From positions 4,913,779 to 4,977,778 of the forward strand of contig MU058198.1 of the NCBI GenBank assembly GCA_013265495.1: DNA of 64,000 bases, read 5' to 3'. Shown one piece after another: positions 48,744-61,460 of the stretch (positions within the stretch are counted from its first letter, which is position 1; the number at the start of each line of letters is the position of its first letter). The position numbers and the translations under genes are program-made. The notes below the pieces were generated by a model. The model was given only the letters and a program-made list of their open reading frames with translations. It had not been told where the DNA came from and ran no database searches. The DNA is from Vicugna vicugna (lineage: Eukaryota).

Positions 48744-51045
48744 GCCGCCAAGGAGACAGAGAGATGGGGAGTGATGGGAGATGGGATGGGAGTAATATCA
48801 ACAGCCCTGCGGAGTGACTTACTTTAGGGAGTAGGGGGTGGGGGCTAGGCTCAGCACCCCACATCCCTCTGGGCCCCGCCCCCAACCAACAGAATCGCCG
48901 TCCCTTAGATACTCTCCTGGGATTGCAACCAAGGTGATCTGTGAGTGCCCTGTTGCTTGTCTCACCTACCGCACATCTAACTACAAAACTATTCAAGGAT
49001 ATGCTGTGACTTTATTAGAGAAAGGTGAGCCTGTATGTCTTGGCTGATTCAACATAGTCAAGTCAAAACTAATACTACGGGGTTCTATGAGCCTCTCAGC
49101 CCTCATTTCACCCAATCTCCAGTTTCCTTAAATATTGGCCCACAGGTGCAAAATGTGGGGCTGGTCAAACAGGGTTCACGTCATTTGCTAGTTGGGCCAC
49201 CACTGACAAGTTACCTAATTCCTCTGCACTCTGGTATCTTTCTAGGACCGTGGTGAGGACTGAATCGGATGGGAAGTGGGCGGCTGGTGGGTGGGGGGGC
49301 GTTGCTAGCCACGTAAACCCCATTGAATTAGGCTTCCCCCACCTTCCTCCCGCCTGGGTGAGACGTGGAGTCTGTGCCTGGAGAGGCTGCCTCGTTGAGT
49401 GGGCTCCGTGGCTGATGGAATGTTCCTCCCACCAAGGTTTCAGGTCTTTTTTTAGTTTATGTTCAGGTTCTTTTCCCTTTTTTTTCTTTCCCCTTCCTCT
49501 CTCATTTCAGCAGAAGAGCACTCTCGCTCTGTGTGACAGCCGATATTCTGAAAATGACAAGGCGCCTCGTTGGGGACAGAATGTGCTTGGTGATTTTTAT
49601 CTGTGTGTGCACAGTGTTCATCTGAGTCAGTCTGTGCACGGAGACCCAGCAATATGTCACGGTGAGCCCGGGACCCAGACAGCTTCAACCCCCGCAGAGA
49701 GAGAGAGGAGACTTTCACCGTGGTCTCTGTCCCACAGAGACCTGCAGATTCTTCTGCCTAAATGTGTCCCGTCTCTCTCTCTCCCCAGCCCTGCTGTCCC
49801 TAGATTTTGCTCAGTGTCTATCCAGTTTACAAACTCCTGACTCATCTCCTGCGTCCAGTCTCCCACCCTTGAACTCACTTTGCCTCTAAGCTGATGGTAT
49901 TAGCAGCCTTGACAGGAGTCCAGTAGTCAGTGTTTATTTTCTGTCCCAGGCATGAGTCTAAGCTCTTTGCTTATATGAACTCATGTCCTGGTCACAACAA
50001 GTCTTTGGGAAACAGATGGGATCATCCCCTTATGCCCTAATATGCGTGGTCTTCCTGAATCCTGTCATACTGTGTACCACCCCGCCCTTTATTTACTCAA
50101 ACTTCTTCTGTAAATTAGCTCATTTTTGAAAACCAAAATTACGTAGATTAAGAGAAAAGAAATGCAGAGTGACATTCAAATGCCATGTCATTTTGCCGTC
50201 ACTGGCAGGTAAATTTAAGCATAAATATATTGCAAACAGAACAACAGAGCATTCTTAAATCCTAACTGGGGACTGCCCGCAAGGTCCCCCGCCTGCGGCT
50301 TGCCTTTGTGCTACAGAGGGACTCGAAGAGGAACGAGAGATGTTAAAGACACAGCAACCCCAAACCAAGACTTCCTCCCCGATGCGAAAACAAGACGTAA
50401 AGGAGGGTTTGTAAGAGAGGATCTTTCTCGTACGACTCAATGCTCTTCAGTATGGAGTTCCTCGGTCTTCTAAAATCTCATATTCATTCAAAGTGGTCCC
50501 TTATTTTGAGCAGTACTGTGCGATAAGCTGACATGCAGCGACCCAGCTGGACGGTCCCCATCCCTTTCCACTCCCGGCACAGTTTCCCTCTACCCTCTCC
50601 AGTCTCACAATTCTCTGCTCTCCTTATTCTTTCCCGTCTCTGCCTCTGCATCGCTCTTCTCTGTCGCTGGAAGCCCTCCCTACCCCAGCTGGCACATTTC
50701 TTCCAGGTGTTGCTCCAACTTTGCCTTCTCTGTAAGGTCTTCCCCAAGTCCCAAAAGAGAATCAGTCGATCTCTCCTCTGGTCCCAGTTTAAACGTGCCC
50801 CCTCCTCCACCTCTGTGGTCCCTACCTGCTGGAAGTTTCTGAGGGAGGTGCTGTTAGTTGGCTAACCCAACAGGTATCCCCACGCTTTCCAGGAGCTGAA
50901 AAACTCAAGTTGTACTTCCCCAGCCTCTGCTGAACCTCCAGGAGCAGGGGAGAGGGGGAAACTGGGATGTCTGTGATCCGTCTCTATCCAATAATATCTC
51001 AAGACTAGGCTGTTGAATGACTTCTGGAAACATGTTTTGCTTCTT

Positions 51046-51166
51046 TTTGTTGTCGTTGGGGTAATCAAGTTTATTTATCTATTTATGAATGGAGGTACTG
51101 GGGATTGAACCGAGGACCTTGTGCATGCTAGACACACACTCTCCCACTGACCTATACCCTGCCCCC
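51046..51166 (-). mobile_element. tRNA-Ala-derived SINE (camelid Vic-1 type) with TSD
   Basis: ggaggtactggggattgaaccgaggacc...ctataccct; TSD AA(C/G)ATGTTTTGCTTCTT at 51029-51045 and 51167-51183 (16/17 match). Confidence 0.92.
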
Positions 51167-53899
51167 AAGATGTTTTGCTTCTTGGTGTTAAGGGCAAGCT
51201 TGAGAGAAGGAGCCACTAGAACTACCCCTTCCTCCTTCTTCCTGTCTAGAAAGGCAAGCCTGCTACCTCCTTTGATGGCAGCCTTGTTTCGAACACACAG
51301 CAACATGCGTAGGATAAATAAGTCGACACATTAAGGAAGGAGGAGTAGAAAGATACACATCTTGTTGGGAGATGAGAGAGCTGCCAGACCAACCCTGGGA
51401 CCACCTCCTTTCAAACTTTTGTTAAATAAATTACGAATGTCGGATGTCATCATGGTTTTAGCTGCTGTTAACTAAGAATTCTGTTACATGCCGTTGAAAG
51501 CATCCCTAACAGTTTCTTTACTGGTCTCCACCCCTTGCTGGGTTTTGAGCAATTCTCAGGTAGGAGTAGACTGTTTATCTTTATAATCCCCTCACTCGCA
51601 TCAGACTTGGAGCAGGGGCGTGTTGATTTTTATTATTACCAACAGAAACAGCTGATATTAATTTAAACTCTGTGTCTGTCTGGCTCCAGAGCCTCCCTCC
51701 TTCACCACTATGGTGTAATTCTGGTGGTGGATCAAAATGGAATGAACGAATAAAGGCATGAATAACTTACCAGCTGGAAGATTTGCAGAAATTGGTTTCT
51801 ACGCCAGTTTTACTTTACCGCTTTATTAGAATTTATATTAGGATTTTAAAACACGAGGCTCTGTCATTTGTTCCATAGTTTGTTTTGTTTTTATTTTTTT
51901 TTCTAACATCCTTTATCCGAACCCATGGAAATGTATGTTCCTGAGCTTTTAGGAGGGTAACAAGGGGCGATGTTAGGGTGGATTCAGATCCTCTTTTGTG
52001 CCAAGTGAGTTGGGTGTGTGCGTTAATGTAACATAACAAGCCGGGGATGTAGCTGTCACCAGAGAGATGACAGCTTTAGAAAGACTGAATATTCTCATGC
52101 AGTCCTATGAGACTCCGGATCGCATGTTGTTCTTGCTCTGTCACCTGATAACGGCTGCTTGAGGACCCTGTGATACCCTGCTTTTGATCTACTCTTCTTG
52201 GAAGTCAGGACAGGGACCCCAAGGTTCATCCCTGGAGTGTGTGCCTGTGTGGTATCAGGAGAGGTTCTCTGGCTTCCCTGAGCTCATGTGCACTGAATCG
52301 TCCATAACTGGTAGTTACCTTTCCTCCTCCCCTGCAGGTTCCTGGTGAAGAACCTGGGACAAAATTCACCCCTGACCCTGAACACGTTGCTCTGTTTCTG
52401 CCCCAGGATGTTCACTGAGTCACTGTGGCTCCACCAGGTCCCAGGGCCAGGTCCAATCATCTGAGAGCAGCACTCAGCATCGGCAGACACTTAACCACCC
52501 CCGTGGGAGCTGGCAGTGCAGCATCCTCCATCCAGCTCCAGGGAGTAATCGAAATACTCAGCAAACGTTCTTAAAATGCTCTTTTACTGCTTTCTCCTCC
52601 ATTCCCTGTTCTCACAGAAGAGCTGTTTCAGCACCTCTCCTCCTGGACTATATACCAGTGTTCTTCCGCCCTTGCTTCTGTCTGCTTTTTCTTGTCCTCT
52701 GCCTGCCCCTACTTTAATTTTTTTCCATTATGAAACTTCCCCCAAACCTGTCTGCCCAGGCAGGGCCATCCTTAGAGTTTTCGGAAATGGGAAAAATGAG
52801 TTTAGCCTGCAGGGATTAGAAGTTTGGAAATCACAGCATATCTAACATTGTTTTATCTTGTCGTATGCGTATGTCTACTATCTACCGGTTCTGTCACTGC
52901 ATCTCTGTCTGTATTCACCTCCACAGCACAGGTCGGTTGTCAGACGGATATTAATTATGTTTCTTTTCTCTGCACGCCCCCTGCCTTTTCTTTTTCCTCT
53001 CTCCTAATCCTGCCCCGACAAAGGAGATACTCAGCTCAGTACTCATTGCTTCAGGAGAAGGATCTGGTCGGAAAAAAACAATGTTGCCTGCCCCACACTT
53101 TCTTTGTGGCTGTTGTGTTCAAAAGCTGAAGCCTTGGACGGGGCAGGGATTAGGGCTGGAGAGTAGCATCATGGGAAGAGTCTGGGCCTCCTCCTTACCA
53201 TCCTGGAAAGAGAATCGCTCATTTCAACCCATCTAGCTGAGAATGGGGGAAGAGTGGTGAGGGTGAGATCTCTGAGTGCCAAAGAGAGGCGACCCACACC
53301 TCCTGGATCCATGCACAGAAGGCCACAAGACTCCAATAGAAAATGCCGAAGTGGAGCTTGTAGGCAAATGGGGTAGTAGGCAGCTTTAAAAAAAAAAGCA
53401 TTGCCGGATATTGAGCATGATGCAGAAGTAGCGGAGAGCGTTTGAGGCAGCAGGGCGATGCTAGAGCAGCCACACCGGCCGGATAGATCACTGGAGTCGT
53501 TAGCACCTTACCCTCAAACTCCCAGCACCATGGCCTGGAACGTCAAGGTCAGGGGATGGCATCAGGAAGAACCTGGGATTTCCCCCTCCACTGCACTCTG
53601 CATAATAAAGACTTAGGGTCAGACCTGAGTTGCTGTACAGAAAGATGAAGATAATTGGTAGATAGATAGACAGACAGACAGGCAGAGAAGGAAATATGCC
53701 TGTATGTATGCATTTGTCCTTCCATGTTTGAGTGCTGTATACAGACTTGATTCCTCATTTCATTGCTAATCTATAAGGATGTGGACATATGCGTGAGTAT
53801 GGTTTTATCAAGTCCCTTCAACATGGCACAGTCCTTTCTCCGAGCATCCCTTGCTGACCCACAGGGATGCTGACACCCTCTAGTTACTAGAAGCTAAGA

Positions 53900-54300
53900 G
53901 GAGGCCCGAGAACTCTTGCCTGCATCTCTGTAGCTCATCATTCTCCCTTCTTCCTGTTGCTCTGGACTCTCATTCCTGTTCAGTCTCCCTGAACTTCCTT
54001 CAGTGCCTCCAGCCTGCCAGGCTCGCTCTCTCTCTCACCCACAGCTTGCACATATGTTGTTGCTTATGTCCAGAACTACCTTCATCCCCCTGCATCCACT
54101 GTGTAACACACTCTAATCCGCATACCTATTTGCCTGAATAATTTTTATATATATTTTCAAGTATCAGTTGAGAAGTAATTTTTTTTTTCAGGAAAATTTC
54201 CTTCAGCCACTTCCTTCCAGCCTTGCCATGTTTCTAGACTTCAGAAGGTCCTAAAACATACGAAGGCTTGATAAATACTGAATGAATGAAAAAAATGAAC
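53900..54300 (+). mobile_element. L2 LINE 3' fragment
   Basis: ttgcacatatgttgttgcttatgtccagaac; ends ttgataaatactgaatgaatga. Confidence 0.65.
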
Positions 54301-54462
54301 ATCGGGATGGATCAATGAATGGGTAAATGAATAAAAAAATGAATAAGTGAATGGATAGATGAGTGAGTGAAAGGATGGATGGATGGATGGATGGATGGAT
54401 GGATGGGTGGGTGGGTGGGTGGGTGAATGGATGGATGGATAAATGAATGAATGAGTGAATGA
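54300..54462. repeat. (GAAT/GGAT/GGGT)n compound tetranucleotide repeat
   Basis: Read directly; appears to have expanded from the L2 (TGAA)n tail. Confidence 0.93.
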
Positions 54463-54859
54463 TGTGCAGTGTTCTGCCCTCTCACACCCTAGTGCTATCA
54501 CTAGGTAAGACTCGCTGCTCTTCAACTTCCTTGGGTCCAGAGCGCTGATGCAAAGTCAGGCATCTTCATGTCCTTCATCTCGGTGTCAAGGAGCTGACAT
54601 AGTAGGTGGAGGCATTTCCTTTTCAAAAGTCAAATCTTATTTTGAGCCGCCAGAGGTCAGAGCAGTAAACCAGGAGCACGCTTCACCTTTTTTTGTCTTT
54701 CTGTATTAGCACTCGGCCATCTGAACAGGGTGCTCTCATTGACTTGTGGGAAGAGGCGGCCTGGCTTCACAGATCCCCAAGGGCAACAAAAGGCATTCAT
54801 TCCTTCATTCCTGCCTTCATCTGCTCAGTCGGTCGTTCACCATAGCTTGGCAATTAAGA

Positions 54860-55085
54860 GAAAGAATTTGGGAATTTTAATAAAATTGAGTTTGGATTAG
54901 ATTGTGGCACTTGGTACTGTGCATCTCTGGGACAGTTACTTGGCATCTCTGAGCCTCACTTAGCTCATGTCTAAAGTGGGCCTCGTCGTATTTAACTCTC
55001 AGGGCTGTTCTGAGCATGAAATGAGTTAATAAACGTAAAGCATAGTGCCCGGTAAACAGGCAGTGCTCAATAAATGTTAGTTTTT
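54860..55085 (+). mobile_element. MIR SINE
   Basis: agttacttggcatctctgagcctcac...aatgagttaataaacgtaaagcatagtgcc...gtgctcaataaatgttag. Confidence 0.88.
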
Positions 55086-55599
55086 ATTATAAACCCCCTA
55101 ATTTATTCATTCCTCCTGTCATCAAATACTTACTGCACTCTTAGTGACTGGCGGACCCTGAATAGGGTATGCTTGCTGCCTCTGAAGACCTCACAGTCAG
55201 GTGGAGCTGACAGATGCATGGGTCCATTATTAGACACTTGGACAGATTTAATGGCAGAGCGTGGAAAGTGGTAGGACTGAGGAGGGAATGACTCAGCCTC
55301 CCTGTGGGGTGCTGGGGAGCTTGGCTGGGGATGGCTAAAGAATTCTGGGCTCTACTGTGGAGGGAAGGGAATGTTGAGATGATAAAATGGTTTAAGCTGG
55401 GAAGTGATAGGATTTCGATTTTTCCGCTAAAATGTCCTCGGCAGCATAAAGAAGGAGGAGAAAAAATAAAGGCAGGTGAGATTGCAGAAAGGTAGATGGA
55501 GGAGCAGGTGTGAAATAGGCCAGGTGTGAAATGAGGAGGGTCTGCATTAAGGAAGAGGGAGGAGGCAGAGGTGCGGACATCTGGGGCCTCCGGAACTGA

Positions 55600-55752
55600 A
55601 TACTGGTTTTCTCAAAGACTGGTCCATGGAAGAGCGACGCCTGCCTCCCCTGGGAGCTTGTTAGAAATGCAGGCTCTTAGGTGCTGCCCCGGGCTTCAGG
55701 TCCGCAAGGTTCCCCAGGGATTCATGGGTGCATTAAGGCTTGAGAAGGACTA
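55600..55752. mobile_element. MER5A-like hAT-Charlie MITE
   Basis: ttttctcaaag...cctgggagcttgttagaaatgcag...ttgagaa. Confidence 0.78.
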
Positions 55753-56459
55753 CAGGGACACTCACCGGGATGTGGTGACCACCTGGGTGTGGGCTGAAAG
55801 GCGGATACCTGGTCAGGAGTTCGGGAGTCCACAAAGTCGAGCACGCTTACTGGATTCTGCTTTATGAGAAATGGAAGAAGCTGTCATCCCTCATTAATGA
55901 TACCTTCTCCTTGATACTGACTGAGAACTTGCGTGCTATAAAGGGAGACCCAGGATTTCTCCTTGAGCTCATTGGCTTCACTTACACATCCTTGCACATC
56001 GGGGCAGAATTTCCTTTCTTTATCACCAAAGCCAAAGCTACGTGTTTATGGCTGAGTTATAAATCCCCCCAACGTGGATTTCCTTCTGGAAGTGCTGACT
56101 CAACCTTAACTTTAGCAGGGCGAATGGTGCCACAATAAAATGTATATATCAAAGTTGTGGCGACCATAAAGGTCTTTTAAAATCGAGTTGACATTGCAGT
56201 ATGTTTCCTCGAGATAAGGTGAGGATTTACGTTCATAAATAGAATTGTGAGGCCCGAGAAGTGTAATTGCCAATTTGGGGTGTTGAGATTTGGGGATCTT
56301 TTGTCCTTGAGCCTCATGGAAGACTCCCTTCTCTTGCTGTGGAAGGCGGTCTCAACTTCCTAAGCGTTTATTCTGGCTATGTACACAGAGATAGAGAAGC
56401 AATTCTGAGGGCCCCCTTGGTGAGTTCCCCCTGCAAAGTGCTTTTCCAGCCAATTCAGT

Positions 56460-56820
56460 TGAACAAAAATAATTTTTTTGGATTCTTACCCTGTGCCAGG
56501 CACTTAACTATGTACCAGGAATATGAAATGAACAAGAGATTCTGACGTTAGTGAACTCACAAACTAGCCAGGGGGGTGGTCAACTTTGATTCATTCATTC
56601 AACAAATATATTTTGAGTGCTTATTGTAGTCCAGGCACTAATTCTAGGGTGTAGAGGGTTAGAGCCGTGAAACATATAACAAAATCACTGACCTCAAAGA
56701 GGTTCTATTCCAATGAAGAAGACAGTGAAACAAGTAAACAGATAAATATGAAATATAACACGATGGAATAAATGCTAAACTAGAGGGATCACCAAAAAGG
56801 AAACATTTTTATCTGCTGAA
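56460..56820 (-). mobile_element. L2 3' fragments
   Basis: ttcattcattcaacaaatatattttgagtgcttattgtagtccaggcact. Confidence 0.8.
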
Positions 56821-57433
56821 GAAAATCAGGAAATGAGCACAGATAGGAGGCAGATGTGGGCTTAATGGAGGGATTAACCAAGACCATGGCGGAGAGATGG
56901 AGAGGCTGGGTGAGACCTGGGGGCTGGTTCTGGCAGACGTCAGCAGGGGAGGAGCTCAAGGAGCGAGTGGCTGTGGGGATGCCGGGGAGGAGGGAGGCGA
57001 GTCAGAGGCGTCCAGGTGTGGACCTGTTACCTACTTTCCCAAGTTACAGGTAACATTCATCCTGACAGTGTAGCCATTTCCTTTGGAGCCTACAATTCTC
57101 TCTCTGATCTATTTCTTTTTCCTTTCCTTTCCTTTTTTTTTTTTAAAGGAAGAGGTATTGCATACTTGTTTATTACCCAGTATTGCACATGAAGATTCTT
57201 CGTCGGGTCCGACGCCATCTCTTCCTGTTCCTGTCCAGGAACCGTCTCTGTGTTCTTTATTGTCAAATGCCCCACTTCTGGCTAGTTCTATGTCTCCCAT
57301 CATGAGAAATTTAAAAAACAGAGGTGACTCTGTATTGACTTCCAATAACATGGCATTTCAGAATGTGCTGGTTTGGAAGCAGCAGACTCGATCCCTGTGC
57401 CCATGCAGTTCCCTAATAGCGTTTTCCCCAATT

Positions 57434-57600
57434 TTATTCATTCATTCATTCATTCATTCATTCGTTTGTTCAGAAATTTATTCATTCATGTATTTATTTA
57501 AAGGATAGTTGATTTACAATATTACATTAGTTGCAGGTGTACAACATTGTAATTTGCAATTTTTTTTAGATTACTCCATCCAAAGTTATCATAAAATCTT
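57434..57600 (-). mobile_element. (TTCA)n followed by a short L1 3' end fragment
   Basis: atagttgatttacaatattacattagttgcaggtgtacaacattgtaattt is an antisense L1 3' end. Confidence 0.7.
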
Positions 57601-59189
57601 GTCTCTGACTTGCCCTGTTCCTGAAAGGCATCATCGCACGCAGGGCGTAAGGAAAGCAGCAGATTTCATCAATGTCCCAAAGCCTCCGCCACCTGCCCTC
57701 GTGGGGCAGCGCAAAGCCCACAGAGAGGAGCTGAGGGGGCAGCGAAGAGAAAGCCCTGGCCATACGCCCATCCCCACCATCGATATTAACGCTCCTCTGA
57801 GGGCTGGATGAGGACTGTTCCGTGAGCCCCGTGGGCCCTTGAAACACATGCACCACGCACATGTTCTGCATTGCAAAGCGTGTATTTTTCATATTGATCT
57901 CTCAAAACCCAACAGGCCTCATTGATTTTTCCCAGGACCTGGAAGAAAGGCTGTGATAAACCAAAGACATGTACGGCTTCATCAGCCCGAAGGACATGAC
58001 TTATTTTTCTCTTCCTTGAACTTTGCTTGGCTTCCTGAGGAGATAACTTATTTTTATTTCTCTCCTGGTTTCTTTGTTTTGTATCTGCCTGTATTCAAGT
58101 CCTATAAATAACCTTGGCGACACACGAAACAGATTCATTTAATTTTCCTTTCGTTATCCTAAGTCGGAACAGATGTGTGTTTGTGATAGAAAAGGGGAGG
58201 AGGAGGATGAATCAGAGGCGGGAGAGAGAGGAGAAACCTACTGGCGTCCGCATTGGAACATCTGACTGCTTTGAGGAGGTCGGCAAATACTGCGGGCTCA
58301 GCCTGGCTGGATCTGCTTGGACCTGGTGGCATCCGCCACGGCTGAGTCCCTCAGAAGCCGAGATACTGAAGAACAGGGCAGGAAGGGGGTCAGGTTCAGC
58401 CAATGATGTGTTTTCTGACATTGCTTGGCTGTAGTGCTACCTCACTGCTCCGGTCGTTAACAGGACTGCCTTTCTTTCTTACGTGCTTGAAAAGGATGGA
58501 GGTGAAGGTGGGTGGGAGACCGGAGGCCAGAAACACAGCGCTGGGATTCACAGATACAGAGATTAGTTGATTGATGATCAGGTCGTGACTGAGCATCTGT
58601 TGTACGCGGAGCCCTGTGCTGGAAGCTGGGGCCGTGTGAGGTGGACTCCACCTCCCCGGGGACAAGGCAGCTCACCCTAAGTTGAGGGCAGACCTCCTTT
58701 GCGTCGCCTGTAAGAGTTACTGAGGGTCACGTCCCAGGCATGAGCCTGGCTGGGACTTCAGGAATTGGAGCCAGGGTGAGGATGAGCCCTTAGAGTCAAG
58801 AAAGTAAGAAGGCAGCACCCACTTATCCCTCTGAGTGTCCCGGGGGCTTCTCTTGCCCTCAGATGATACAGGATGGTACCCACTGCTGGGAGTGTAGTAA
58901 GTGTCAAGAGTCCCAGCACAGCAGGTGCGGAGGAGTTAGGGGAAGGGATAAAAAGGGCAAATCCTTAAGAGAGGAAGCCCCCAAGACCCAGGGAAGGCAT
59001 CAGAGCCCAACCAGAAGGTCTTGGGGGACAGCATGGGGTGCCCCTTTTTTGAAAGGATTAAAGGGAGCAAACCAGGACAGAAGTCCACGTGGCCAGCGCG
59101 GCGAGGTGGTGGAGACGCTCCTGTCCCTGTCAGCGACGGAGGCTGGTGGCATTGCCGTCAGGAGTTCATCAGGTGGGGGATACAGGCAG

Positions 59190-59328
59190 AGCATCTCACA
59201 TCCCCACCGAGTCGCTGGACGTGTCATCAGCGTGTGGGTCTTGGTTCAGTAGGTCTGGGGTGGGCCCGGGATTCTGCATTTCTAACAAGCATCCGGGTGG
59301 TGTACGGGCTATACTTTGAGAAGCAAGG
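59190..59328. mobile_element. MER5A-like hAT-Charlie MITE
   Basis: ttcagtaggtctggggtgggcccgggattctgcatttctaacaagc...actttgagaagc. Confidence 0.82.
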
Positions 59329-59884
59329 GAGCAGAGGAGCCTTGTCAGACTGGATGCAGCTAGGGGGCGGGGTTCAGGGACACAGCCCGCCATCTACAAA
59401 TGGGACAGAGGTCACCTGGGAGGCAACCACCGGAGAATGTTGAACCAAGTCTCAGTATGTTTTTACCCTCCATGCCTCATCTAACTCTCCAAACACTAGG
59501 TGCCACTAGGTTGTAGCAGGGGCCCCTTTGAACAAATGTGCAAAATGAGACAAAGTGCCTTGCCTCATTTAACAAGGTCCCTTAGCTGGTGAAGGTCAGT
59601 GCAGGTTCAGATCTCACAAGGCTTGTGGAGATGGCAGTCAGATACTGCTGATGCCACGGGGGCTGGAACCCCGACTCTGCTTTTCAGCACTGATGGGACC
59701 GTAGGCCATCACTTCTGAGCCTCAATAGTCTTATCTCTAAAATGGGATCTTACGTGGATTAAAGGACACCAACCATGTAAAGGATCTTTGTTTTCCTGTT
59801 TTCTTTTTTAATTCTTACTTTTATTTTACTGAAGCATGATTGATTTTTGCACCGGACTTAGACACGAGAAACATTAGCTGTTGG

Positions 59885-60103
59885 CAAGGGTTGGCAATCT
59901 TTTCCTGTAAAAGGCCTGATAGTAAATATTTTAGGTTTCAAAGTCTGTAGTCTATTTCAACTAGTCATCTCTGCTGTTTAATCATAAAAGCAGCTTAGGC
60001 AACAGCTAAACGAATGGGTGTGACCATTTTCCAGTAAAATTCCATTTACAAAAGCAGCCAGTGGGCCAAGATCAGCCCCCAGGTCATGATTTGCCAACCC
60101 CGG
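59885..60103 (+). mobile_element. MER58A-like hAT-Charlie MITE
   Basis: TIR-like ends agggttggcaat / tttgccaacccc; ctgtaaaaggcctgatagtaaatattttagg. Confidence 0.85.
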
Positions 60104-61104
60104 ATACAGAGCAGTATCATCATAATATTCTTACTAAGAAGAAGGCACAGCAAGGGATCCAGTGGGAGAGCCCAGGAAAGAGTGCAGATAAGGCTCTCGA
60201 TACAAATTGCAAATGACGCCCAGACTCTGCCAGTCTGCGCGCTTTATCTCACCAAAATGGAGAATAAAACAAAATTATTGTAGGTAACTTAATGCTTGGT
60301 AATCATACTGGACTCTTTGATAATGGAGCTGTTAGGGCCCATGAATAGTGACTGCTGTGTATTGTACTGAGAAATGCAAAGACGGTCCCTCCGAGGCCCC
60401 AGAAATTACGGAATGAATCTCCCTGAGACAGGGAGACCAGATAAGTGTTATCAGTCTGGGGAGGCCGCTCCGTCCTGCGTGTTTCCCGTGCCCGGTAGCA
60501 CCTTAAAAAATTATGAAGTCCGGCTCCCTAGAAAATGGTCCCCCTTTTATTTAAGGGGGATGCAGAAATGGAGGTCACCGCGGTGGGCTGGAGGAGGTGG
60601 CGGGGAGGTCTGAGCGCCGCGGTGATGGTTCTATGGGCAGGCGGGGCATCTTGAGACTCACTCAGGTGGAGCTCACCTGGGAGCTCTCCCCTCCCACGTC
60701 CCCGTCTCCTGCTCCCCAGTCCCTGCAGACACCAGAAAAGGACAGGTTTTGTTTTGGTTTGGTTTTATGTCTGTTTTATTCACCTCGATGTCCCCAGGAC
60801 TTAGCCCGGAGAAGAACTCAAAATAAATATACTGAGTGAGTGACTGAGGGAGTGAATGAATGAGTGACAGCCACCTGCCTAGATGCAGCAGGAAGCAGGT
60901 ACACGATGGGACTTGGGGAAAAGCGTGGTCCAGCCTGGAAAGGATGGAGAGGGTTAAGAGGGCTGTTGATTCAGAAGGTCTCAAGTCCAGCTAGAAAAAT
61001 AAGCACTAGTCCAGGTAAGGGCCGTCGGAGGGAGGCACAAGGGTGTATAGAGAGGATTTTAATGAGGAGACCGTCCGTGCCCGCGTGGTAGAAAATGCTG
61101 TGAA

Positions 61105-61460
61105 CTCACTACGCTCTCTGCGTCTTAGGGTCTTTGCTGTTTCCCCTCATGCCGGAAGACTTTGCCCCATTTCCCCTGGCTAACCACCATTCACCCTTAA
61201 CCCCTACACTAAAATGTCACTCTTTCAGGGGGAAGACTGCGTTAACAGGAGCACTGCACCCCCTCACATCACAGCTGTTCCCCCAGCACCCCAAACTTCC
61301 TTTTCCATAGCACTCACCACCCTGAGTTTACTTGTTCCTTTTGGGTTTCCTCCCCAGACCGTCAGCTCCAGCAGACAGGGACCAGGTGTGTCTTCCTTCT
61401 CATCGTGGCCCCACTGCCAAGCCCAGGGCTTGGCACACAGGAAGCTTCACTGGGACTTTA
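61105..61460 (+). mobile_element. L2 LINE fragment
   Basis: ttttccatagcactcaccac...cagctccagcagacagggacc...cccagggcttggcacacaggaagc. Confidence 0.7.

Noticed and set aside
48909..49030. Possible + strand exon ending at AAG|gtgagc (49024)
   Set aside because: The donor is good, but the candidate acceptors (48908, 48997) have weak pyrimidine tracts and the peptide is unrecognisable
50060..50480. Possible ancient DNA-transposon remnant (similar impression at ~37950-38330)
   Set aside because: I could not identify TIRs, TSDs or a family with confidence; it needs a Dfam search
56119..56225. Possible exon ending at AAG|gtgagg (56218)
   Set aside because: The upstream acceptors are weak; the 100-nt version is interrupted by stops and the 19-nt version shifts frame
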